Shown here: positions 51,301 through 56,573 of the stretch, in pieces
Layout: every line of letters begins with the position of its first letter
How positions within the stretch are numbered: position 1 is the first letter of the stretch
From: Callorhinchus milii
Taxonomy: Eukaryota
Assembly: GCF_018977255.1 (NCBI RefSeq)
Contig: NW_024704742.1
Location: forward strand, 24,926,001 to 24,990,000
Direction of reading: 5' to 3'
DNA: 64,000 nt
Program-made: the position numbers and the translations under genes
Notes under the pieces: generated by a model
What the model saw: only the letters and a program-made list of their open reading frames with translations
Databases searched by the model: none
What the model was told of the DNA's origin: nothing

Positions 51301-54300
51301 TTCAAATGTCAGAAATTTATCCTGTGGCTTCTACTTAATGTGTCAGCCTGGTTCAGTCGGTAGCTCCCTTGCTCTGAGTCAGAAGGTTGTGGGTTCAACC
51401 CCCCCACATTGGGACTCATATAATCTAGGCTAGGCTGACCCTCCAGTGCAGTGTGTTGTCAGAAGTGCTATCTTCAGATGAGACATTGAACTGAGTTCAG
51501 TTTAATGCCCACCTGCCTTGTTCAGTCACTCGAAGTCACTGAACAAGAATTTTATTTGGGAGATTATTTACAAAACACTACTGTATTAGAACTCACATAG
51601 TTTAGGCTGATATTCGAAATGTCTATAAAAGTTAATGCACTTTACAATATAGCCTGTGAAGAGCTTTGAGACATCCTTCTGACATGAAAAAAGCTATATC
51701 AAAGCATTTTTAAAAAATATATTAATATGTATATTGACTGAAGAGATCCTGTGGCTGCATTGCATCACGCCGTATATAATAAACCTTGCATTTGATATAG
51801 CGCTTCAGCACGTCTTCAAGACGGGTCAAAAGTGCTTCACAGAATATACTTTAAAGTGAATTGATTGTATATTCGGTGAGCAAAACGTGGCAGCCAATTG
51901 TGCACAGCAGTGGTCAAACAGTCGTGGATTGAGTGACCAAATTTTTATTTATTTTCAAGGAATTATTATCCCCGGAAAAGTGATCAGCCAATTGACTAAC
52001 AACTGGGTTCCTAGTTACTACTAGGTAGACAGAGGCGTGTGAAGTAAGGAAACTTGCCCAACGTTTCCCCCAGCTGGGAATCAAACACAGGTCCCCTCAC
52101 TTGCGAGTGCTCTAAACACTAAGCTACAGACTACACATAGTACTACAGTAAATTGCTATTTATGATTCAAATTATGGATAACTGTATTGTATAATTTATG
52201 ACAACTCACAAAGTGATGCTATACCACAGTTTATAATCAGTACTAAATTTACAAGCATTTGCGAATTTTTATGTATGTATTTTTGCACAACCAATATCCA
52301 GAAATGGACTTTTTTAAAAAAAAGTATAAAGCAACCACTGATGCACATTTTACCTGAAAATGTTGAGATTTATATTGTTGTCTTTTCTGTATCTGTTTAA
52401 TTTCTCAATTTTCTTATGAAGGATTAATGATTGTATCACAAATTATAGATTTCCTCTATAATGCCGCCTTTTTGGAACACAGATGGTCCTTATATCTTAC
52501 GAACAATCTCTGCAATTTAATGCTTGCTATACCTGTTGATAAGGGAATCCAAACAGTGTACAGTACAATACAAATTTTACACTTATACAGCATCTTTCAC
52601 TTCAGGAGGGATGTATCAAGGCACTGGACTGTCCAGAGTTTTCATCCCTGCTGGGGGTGAGGTCCGAGGGTGTGGGGGAGCAAAAAGGATGGGGAGGTGG
52701 GAGAAAATGGCCCAAAGCATGGTGAAGAGAGTAGACAGATATAGCAAAGAGTCCTCCTGATGGAAAAATAGAACAGAAAATATTTTTATTTACATCATTT
52801 ACAATTTTAATCTGCAAAACCTAAGAATTACCTCCTTGGACTCCCTCCTACAGCCAGCTTCAAGTGATTTCCCTTTCTCCCTCTTCCCCAACCCCATGTA
52901 CAATTGCTAATCACTTTGTGCCAGTTTGTGGGGCCTTGCAAATGGCTGCAGCAATCTACACAACAGTAATTAAATCCAGGAGAGGCTTTGAAGTGTTTCC
53001 ACTTGATAAGGATCTGCAAAAGTACATTGCTTTGCTGAATGGGATCAGCTGAGAAACGCGAGAAAACAGTTGAGTCATTCACACTGCCTGCCAATCCCAC
53101 CCACCTCGTGTTTCACTCACTTAACATGAAGCCACAGTTTCGTTGGGCACTCACTCTGTTGAAACAGGTTAAAGCGCGGTTTGTTTTGCAGAGGTTGATT
53201 TGATTGACTGACGTGTTTAAACCTATTCCATTGTTCTCAGATTTGAGCTTCCAGGAATCCACGGCTTAAATTTTGTTCTCAAGAATTCTCTGGGAGGTGG
53301 GGGTGTTGCATCTTTGAGAAGCGACCCGCAGGTATAAAACCAATTTACATACCTCCAAATGACATGCACAATTCTAGATATTTAATGTGAGAAAAAGGGC
53401 GTCTCAATAGATGACCGTTATAAGTAATTACTAAAGCAAGCCAGGTCTCCCAGGAGAGTGGCAGTTTATTGTAAATGAATGTGTGAGGTTGCTGTGAATT
53501 CTGTATTGTAAGACATGGCTTTGGTAGCATATTACTGTAATCTATAGTATCTGATTACCCAACAAATGTTTCCTCCATATACAGTAGCCCCAATCTCCAA
53601 ATTTATTTGAGCCCTGCGCTTAATCTGGTTTCCTGCTCCTCACACAGACCACTTGAAGACAAGTACTTTATAAATCTTAGAATACAGCACAGATAAAGAT
53701 GTTCTTCAAAACTATTTGTTTCATAGCAGTCTGAGCTGCCCACCCAGCTCCTGCTAACCCTGCAAGCCAAAGCGCTACTGTGTAAGGTGGTCCTAGCTGG
53801 ACAAGCAGCGGGAAAGCTTGCTGGACAGTACTTTCAATGGAAAGCTCTGCGGTTTTAGCTGGTTAGACTCCAGCAGTACCCCAACTCACACACTGGGGTC
53901 CCCAAGCCTTGGCTTTTGCCAACCTGCGCCTAATACAGGGTGACCAAAAAAGTGGTAATACCATTACAAATGTCTAATAAGTCCTAAAGAAATGATGGTA
54001 TTTTTGTTTGTTTTTAGAAATTATCATAACTTTTTGGTCACCCTGTACTTTCCGGAATTAGGAAAGCAGGACGCTTCCCTATCGGGAAGAGAGTGCGCAT
54101 TCCATTCCAACAATTTATTTCAGGGGATTTCCATGTGTAGGTGGGATGCGTGGAACTCTCAGTTTGGTTTGGATACTTTGACCAAAACAAAGCGATGCCC
54201 ACTGGATGTGCAAGGGTATCTGAATGGCTCAAAGGGAACGGTGTTGTGCCAGTGCAACAATAAATGTCTGCTGACTGTCTGCAACTCTTAAACTTATGTT

Positions 54301-54608
54301 TTTTTTAAAAACACAGAGGATGGGTCATTTGACATTAAGGACATTTGCCAAATTAATGTGGTGATCCCAATTCCTAGAACAACCCACATCAAAATTACAA
54401 TTTGTTTTTAAACGTTGAAACAGTATTAACAGGGCATTCACAGTATAGATACACATACTGTATGAATAAACATGTCCCAGAGCCTCCTAACATCCCACTA
54501 TATTAAATACTGGATAAACACATGTTTTCGCAGGGCAAAGCATATGCGCAGATGCTTTTGGATTTCCGGGTGAGGGACGTGCCGGATCTCAAGACTCTGA
54601 TAGATTAA
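308..54608 (+). CDS. Multi-exon gene (18 exons in window, 5' end upstream of window) encoding an AtuA/DUF1446-family (acyclic terpene utilisation AtuA-like) protein with C-terminal AtuA-type domain; about 551 aa visible
   Basis: Manual splicing of exons 308-377, 2173-2303, 3208-3296, 10359-10458, 13783-13826, 15511-15588, 16209-16405, 20782-20846, 21524-21630, 23393-23489 (or -23507), 24468-24567, 39780-39819, 41703-41754, 43454-43565, 47949-48032, 48292-48415, 53241-53331 and 54534-54608 gives one open frame with GT-AG introns and matching phases. Family motifs recognised: [133 protein letters not shown]. Family assignment is from motif recognition, not a database search. Confidence 0.93.
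1136..1369 (-). mobile_element. Young CR1 LINE 3' end with (ATGTT)n tail, nested in an older CR1 fragment (about 990-1640)
   Basis: Near-identical to the 3' end of the RT-bearing CR1 at 25672-26800 (aacataacatgtaggagc..gtaggccattcggccc). Confidence 0.85.
2173..2303 (+). CDS. AtuA-like exon: (G)[43 protein letters not shown]
   Basis: Acceptor tcttgttttgag (GAG), donor CAG|gtacac; NAGGVNP and VTGDDL motifs. Confidence 0.92.
2773..3080 (+). mobile_element. tRNA(Ala)-derived SINE, short form, full length
   Basis: A box TAGCTCAGTGG, B box GGTTCAATTCC, L2-like 3' stem-loop, (TAT)n tail; many near-identical copies in the window. Confidence 0.9.
3208..3296 (+). CDS. AtuA-like exon: [29 protein letters not shown](G)
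   Basis: Acceptor tcttttaccag, donor GG|gtgagt. Confidence 0.92.
3400..4087. repeat. Unclassified interspersed repeat X in two pieces (about 3400-3536 and 3935-4087), interleaved with L2
   Basis: Aligns by eye with about 53745-54147 (cctagctggacaagc..ttttagctggttaga..ccttggct.ttgccaacctgc..ctttccggaattag). Confidence 0.75.
3537..4480 (-). mobile_element. L2 LINE 3' fragment split at 3935-4087
   Basis: ORF 4047..4382 ([26 protein letters not shown]) is an L2 ORF2 C-terminus; (TTG)n-type tail at about 3537. Confidence 0.85.
5417..6630 (-). mobile_element. Young 5'-truncated L2 LINE (RT C-terminal region, 3' UTR, (TTG)n tail); frameshifted
   Basis: [41 protein letters not shown] (ORF 6347..6628) and [30 protein letters not shown] (ORF 5673..6371). 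Confidence 0.95.
5500..5635. repeat. About 3.5 tandem copies of an approximately 41-bp G-rich unit within the L2 3' UTR
   Basis: Repeated ggggggaaatggtcagggtgaggggagggg. Confidence 0.85.
8700..9480 (+). mobile_element. Old CR1 LINE 3' fragment
   Basis: Degenerate [38 protein letters not shown]1-like 3' end. Confidence 0.8.
9818..10285 (+). mobile_element. Old Deu-domain SINE (SacSINE1/AmnSINE1-like)
   Basis: tRNA-like head cagcctggctcaattgatagc; Deu-like core aaaatcccagggcactatttgaa..ggtgtcc..gctgtttgtggga..gtgcaaattggct; L2-type tail. Confidence 0.75.
10359..10458 (+). CDS. AtuA-like exon: [33 protein letters not shown]
   Basis: Acceptor ctgtttgcacag, donor ACG|gtaagg; GADIVVTGR motif. 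Confidence 0.95.
11779..12075. repeat. Diverged tandem duplication, period 158 bp
   Basis: atctgtcactcaggaatta..gactgaaggcta..aaaaaaa.cacacccctttcag starts at 11779 and again at 11937. Confidence 0.85.
13783..13826 (+). CDS. AtuA-like exon: [14 protein letters not shown](S)
   Basis: Acceptor ttttattgcag, donor AG|gtaacg; phase fits both neighbours. Confidence 0.92.
14085..14400 (-). mobile_element. Ancient SINE-like repeat of a third family (related copies about 24720-25030 +, 50180-50300 +, 58625-58960 +, 29720-30000 -)
   Basis: Shared motifs on the element strand such as ggtt....cctggt.tgtgctga.ttag.tgatctcag and gaggggaaaa.cagccaggg.cct; family name not assigned. Confidence 0.5.
14942..15233 (-). 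mobile_element. tRNA-derived SINE, short form, with a deletion in the head
   Basis: Reverse complement matches 2773-3080. Confidence 0.88.
15511..15588 (+). CDS. AtuA-like exon: [25 protein letters not shown](W)
   Basis: Acceptor taatgttcag, donor TG|gtattg; [13 protein letters not shown] signature motif. Confidence 0.95.
16209..16405 (+). CDS. AtuA-like exon: [65 protein letters not shown]
   Basis: Acceptor ctgtttccag, donor G|gtcagc; overlaps ORF 16228..16554. Confidence 0.95.
16729..17483 (-). mobile_element. L2 LINE 3' fragment (second subfamily)
   Basis: ORFs 17187..17483 and 16862..17347: [43 protein letters not shown]. Confidence 0.88.
17805..18180 (+). mobile_element. tRNA-derived SINE, long form
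   Basis: B box GGTTCGATTCC; extra internal segment (aagtaggaacccggtt..ggcggat); same tail as short form. Confidence 0.85.
18830..19330 (-). mobile_element. Old CR1 LINE 3' fragment
   Basis: Similar to about 990-1640 and 43690-44330 (ttattcca..gttaattactctctgtgt; aacctgtgccct). Confidence 0.65.
19932..19954 (+). repeat. G23 homopolymer
   Basis: Direct read. Confidence 0.9.
20782..20846 (+). CDS. AtuA-like exon: (D)[21 protein letters not shown]
   Basis: Acceptor ccttttgtag, donor AAG|gtactg; VRVxGAKGxPP..YK motif. Confidence 0.9.
20995..21190. repeat. Degenerate minisatellite, unit about 30 bp (cctacttaatrttaactgattcccc)
   Basis: 5-6 imperfect units visible. Confidence 0.7.
21228..21450. 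mobile_element. Decayed hAT (Charlie-like) MITE
   Basis: gtggcccacgggcc near the 5' end and aaaaagggtggccaccactg at the 3' end resemble hAT termini; left TIR is degraded. Confidence 0.45.
21524..21630 (+). CDS. AtuA-like exon: [35 protein letters not shown](R)
   Basis: Acceptor gcccttag, donor CG|gtttgt; phases fit. Confidence 0.9.
22140..22649 (+). mobile_element. L2 LINE 3' fragment
   Basis: cagatcatccagaactctgcagcccgtgtcctc..cattggcttccc..; tail cttgggacatcctcccaacgtgaaaggcg. Confidence 0.85.
22660..23355 (+). mobile_element. Two adjacent old Deu-domain SINE fragments
   Basis: gatgagatgtcaaatcaaggtcc..aaagatcccatggcactattc and, again, aaagatcccatagcattatt..gctgtttgtggaacattgct. Confidence 0.7.
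23393..23489 (+). CDS. AtuA-like exon: [32 protein letters not shown] (3' end ambiguous: 23489 or 23507)
   Basis: Acceptor ctcttaaag; two in-frame phase-0 donors, GCA|gtaaag and GGT|gtatgt. Confidence 0.8.
24468..24567 (+). CDS. AtuA-like exon: [33 protein letters not shown]
   Basis: Acceptor catatacag, donor G|gtaagt; FSREIAP motif. Confidence 0.92.
25155..25570 (+). mobile_element. L2 LINE 3' fragment
   Basis: ttcaagatcctgatcc..ctctggaactcc..gccttgggacgtcctcc. Confidence 0.85.
25672..26800 (-). mobile_element. Young 5'-truncated CR1 LINE (RT C-terminal half and 3' UTR), disrupted
   Basis: [32 protein letters not shown] 26311..26547 ([21 protein letters not shown]); ORF 25857..26213 ([28 protein letters not shown]); (ATGTT)n tail. 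Confidence 0.95.
28705..29280 (-). mobile_element. Old shark-type LINE (CR1-like) 3' fragment split by the SINE at 28851-29150
   Basis: gccagcttttattgccc..gagaaggtgatggtg ... ttccaggattttgacccag..ggatggtgtgtgactt continues across the SINE. Confidence 0.6.
28851..29150 (-). mobile_element. tRNA-derived SINE, short form, 5'-truncated, L2-matching tail
   Basis: Near-identical to 34908-35230. Confidence 0.9.
29400..29500 (-). mobile_element. CR1 3'-end fragment
   Basis: gtaggagcaggagtaggccattcggccc..caatcatggctgatcttcta, as at 1136 and 25672. Confidence 0.85.
32760..33130 (+). mobile_element. tRNA-derived SINE, long form, full length
   Basis: Intact A box TAGCTCAGTGG and B box GGTTCGATTCC; long internal segment; tail. 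Confidence 0.9.
34908..35230 (-). mobile_element. tRNA-derived SINE, short form, full length, young
   Basis: Intact head (ggagtcctgtagctcagtggttagagc on - strand) and (TAT)n tail. Confidence 0.92.
36440..36790 (-). mobile_element. Old Deu-domain SINE
   Basis: ttggccaggacatcgggagaaactcc..gatctttaacatctacctgaacagacag. Confidence 0.7.
37500..38065 (+). mobile_element. Old Deu-domain SINE containing a partial mariner-type MITE (about 37890-37968)
   Basis: Head gtcagcctggctcagttggtagc..ggttcaaaccc; MITE end ..ctttggtcaccctg-TA matches the element at 53936. Confidence 0.75.
38781..39096 (-). mobile_element. tRNA-derived SINE, short form, full length
   Basis: Reverse complement matches the other copies. 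Confidence 0.92.
39380..39690 (+). mobile_element. Old Deu-domain SINE fragment ending about 90 bp upstream of the 40-nt exon
   Basis: atgagacgttaaactaaggtc..ccatggcactatttgaa..ggtatcctg. Confidence 0.7.
39780..39819 (+). CDS. AtuA-like 40-nt exon: (A)[12 protein letters not shown](V), after a 15.2-kb intron
   Basis: Acceptor tttttgtgcag, donor GT|gtgagt; completes the GMAPGLTG..GGRP motif. Confidence 0.9.
40758..41031 (+). mobile_element. tRNA-derived SINE, short form, 5'-truncated, nested in an older antisense SINE tail
   Basis: Body and L2-matching tail; the flanks 40690-40757 and 41032-41065 join into one antisense tail. Confidence 0.88.
41184..41560 (+). mobile_element. tRNA-derived SINE, long form
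   Basis: cctctgttaacctagcagtaagtaggaacccggtt internal segment; tail. Confidence 0.85.
41703..41754 (+). CDS. AtuA-like exon: [17 protein letters not shown]
   Basis: Acceptor ttctttccatag, donor ACG|gtatgg; phases fit. Confidence 0.88.
43454..43565 (+). CDS. AtuA-like exon (acidic inter-domain linker): [37 protein letters not shown]
   Basis: Acceptor gttttcatag, donor G|gtgtgt; supplies the phase 0 to phase 1 link needed between the flanking exons. Confidence 0.82.
46737..47047 (+). mobile_element. tRNA(Ala)-derived SINE, short form, full length
   Basis: A and B boxes intact; anticodon arm CTCGC-TTTGCAA-GCGAG. Confidence 0.92.
47949..48032 (+). CDS. AtuA-like exon: (D)[27 protein letters not shown](G)
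   Basis: Acceptor catttatag, donor G|gtaatc; ARSGDKG motif of the C-terminal domain. Confidence 0.94.
48292..48415 (+). CDS. AtuA-like exon: [40 protein letters not shown](R)
   Basis: Acceptor gtgcatctag, donor AG|gtactt; overlaps ORF 48243..48434. Confidence 0.92.
49255..49655 (-). mobile_element. Old Deu-domain SINE
   Basis: cagccaattttgtgcgcagcagtgtcgcacaaacagc..ttggccaggacac..aaccttctgactcaga. Confidence 0.75.
50372..50782 (-). mobile_element. Old Deu-domain SINE, near full length
   Basis: aataatgccatgggatctttaacatccacctgaa; head ..accaacagagccaggct. Confidence 0.78.
51340..51705 (+). mobile_element. Old Deu-domain SINE
   Basis: gtcagcctggttcagtcggtagc..ctgagtcagaaggttgtgggttcaa. Confidence 0.7.
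51775..52133 (-). mobile_element. tRNA-derived SINE, long form
   Basis: Reverse complement matches 32760 and 41184. Confidence 0.85.
53241..53331 (+). CDS. AtuA-like exon: [30 protein letters not shown]
   Basis: Acceptor ttgttctcag, donor CAG|gtataa; LPG..NF.L..LGGGG.SLR.DPQ motif. Confidence 0.95.
53745..54147. repeat. Second copy of unclassified repeat X, interrupted by a MITE
   Basis: Colinear with 3400-3536 plus 3935-4087. Confidence 0.75.
53936..54045. mobile_element. 110-bp Tc1/mariner-type MITE with 15-bp perfect TIRs (CAGGGTGACCAAAAA) and TA target-site duplication
   Basis: TA(53934-5)-cagggtgaccaaaaa ... tttttggtcaccctg-TA(54046-7); related partial copy ends at 37968. Confidence 0.88.
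54534..54608 (+). CDS. AtuA-like terminal coding exon: [24 protein letters not shown]
   Basis: Acceptor gttttcgcag; TAA stop at 54606-54608. Confidence 0.93.
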   Translation, partial: GKAYAQMLLDFRVRDVPDLKTLID

Positions 54609-54921
54609 AGAGTCGCTGTGCCATGTGTTTGCAGACAGGCTCCGTCAGCACTGACCGCTCCATCGCCAGGCTCTTAAGAGGATTCCAGCTTTGGGAAGAG
54701 AGNAAAAAAAATTGTACACAAACCAATGTCTGTCATTGCTTCCGCACATGGGGAAAATACTACGTGACTTTGGAAGAATTGCAAAATATTGCCTTTAAAT
54801 CTGCTGCTGACTTTATTTGTTTTAAAAAAGTACTAAAAGTGGCTGTTAACTGCTATTGTATATGTGAAATATAAACTAAGTTTCTAGTGAATCATAGTAA
54901 TTAACCAGAAAATGCATTAGC

Positions 54922-54927
54922 AATAAA
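54922..54927 (+). terminator. Candidate proximal polyadenylation signal AATAAA
   Basis: First AATAAA seen after the stop codon, about 310 nt downstream. Confidence 0.4.
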
Positions 54928-55174
54928 TTTATATCTGATTTACCCTCATAGGGAGAGATGGTCAGTTTGTGTAACAGACACTTGCTGAAATCCCAGTGCA
55001 TTAATTAAACTATAGTACTACGTTCTCTTCAACATGTTGGTAAATGGTGAGAAAGGACTGAATGTTTGTTTCTCTTTGCATCGTGAGTCCTGTTTTATTT
55101 TTATGTTGACTAGTCCAGGAGTTCTCATCTCTGAACAAAGAGGCAAGAGATTTACTGCGTAAAAATGTCATGCT

Positions 55175-55320
55175 CTTTTAAGTTCTGACGAAAGGTCATC
55201 GATTGGAAACGTTAACTCACTTTCCTCTCTCCATGGATGCTGCCTGACTTCCTGAGTATTCCCAGCAACTTTGTTTTTTATTTTTATTTCAGATTTCTAG
55301 CATCTGCAGTATTTTGCCTT
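55175..55320 (+). mobile_element. Penelope-like element terminal fragment carrying a decayed minimal hammerhead-ribozyme motif
   Basis: AGTT-CTGACGA-A-AGGTC-ATC-GATTG-GAAA-CGTT-AACT followed by ctctctcc..gatgctgcctgac..ctgagtatt..cagatttctagcatctgcag, which I recognise from memory as a chondrichthyan repeat end. Confidence 0.6.
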
Positions 55321-55657
55321 ATGCTCCTTACAATTGCATTTCTACCTAACAGGAGACCTCATGTTAATTCCGTCAAACAGTGCAATCTCAGGCTTAATTT
55401 TGAATTGTTAATTTCTCTGTATGTTTCTCTAATACCTCAATCTGTTAATCTACACCTTTTTAAAAAAACGAATGAGTCTATTGAGGGAATGTTATTACTG
55501 AATGTTATTAATATTCACTTTGTGAAAGGCAAGGTATTTTTTTACTGGGTCCTGTATAAGTCCCAACACTGTGTAAACAAGTGCCATTCATGTCACACAC
55601 CCGTGCCTTCTAATACGATTGAATCGACTTCTAGGCATATCAGGTCGGTGTCCTTTT

Positions 55658-55663
55658 AATAAA
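55658..55663 (+). terminator. Candidate distal polyadenylation signal AATAAA
   Basis: AATAAA followed about 20 nt later by a U-rich tract (ttttttttctcttt), just before a SINE fragment. Confidence 0.45.
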
Positions 55664-55916
55664 CACAATTTGATCAAGAAACACTTTTTTTCTCTTTCAT
55701 AAAATTGCTGTCGTTATTAGCAATTATTCTTTTAAAAAATCACTAGATCATTGACCTAAACATTTAAGTTAAGGCCAGAACTGAAGTCCATGTTATACTA
55801 TAATAACAATCCTTGCATTTGATATAGTGCCTTATCATGTCGTTGAGAAGTCTCAAAGCGCTTCATAGAATATATAGTAAAGTGTATTTTGTTTTGTCAG
55901 CAAGAGCTGAGCGGTT

Positions 55917-56573
55917 ACACAACATGCACACATTTACTGATAATTGGATGAAATTAAACTTTGAAAAAATCAAATTTAGTATTCCTGACTTTTCAATTTG
56001 CTCCTTTCTGAAGCTAAAACAGCTGATGGCCCTACAAAAAGAGCTGGGAGGTCAGGTTGATACAAGCACAAAAAACCCGTTCAGATCCTCTATCCTTTTT
56101 GTTATGCTAACAACAGTAATATCACCTTGGCAGAGTCCCAGCAGAATCGGCTGGATTGAGAGGTGGTGAGAGACGATTGGGGATGGAGGTTTATAGTTAC
56201 ACACTCCATCCATCCATCAAAGCAGTTTTCAAAAGACTTGTGTGTCTCAGGGGCACTTTTGAACTGACCGACGGATTTCACACTTCAGGTTTCCTTGCTT
56301 CCCCTCCTGACAAAATGTTCTTGACGGACGAGTGCAATAACTAACTCTTTGCATGGATCCCTGACTGGAAGTCATGAAGTGCCGATCCTCAGTTACAGGC
56401 TACTTCAACAATAAAGGGTATTTCTCATAGACTTGGACAGCGCTGTGGGATGCTTTCCCACACACAACATGCACGCATTTACTGATAATTGGATGAAATT
56501 AAACTTTGAAGAAGAAACTAAATTTAATATTCCGGATTTTTCAACTTGCGCCTTTCTTCCTAAAGCTAAAACA
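55917..56573. repeat. Pair of diverged direct repeats of about 105-112 bp (55917-56021 and 56462-56573)
   Basis: acacaacatgcac.catttactgataattggatgaaattaaactttgaa..aagctaaaaca occurs twice. Confidence 0.9.

Noticed and set aside
54703..54703. Ambiguous base n
   Set aside because: Assembly uncertainty next to an A-run in the 3' UTR; not biological.
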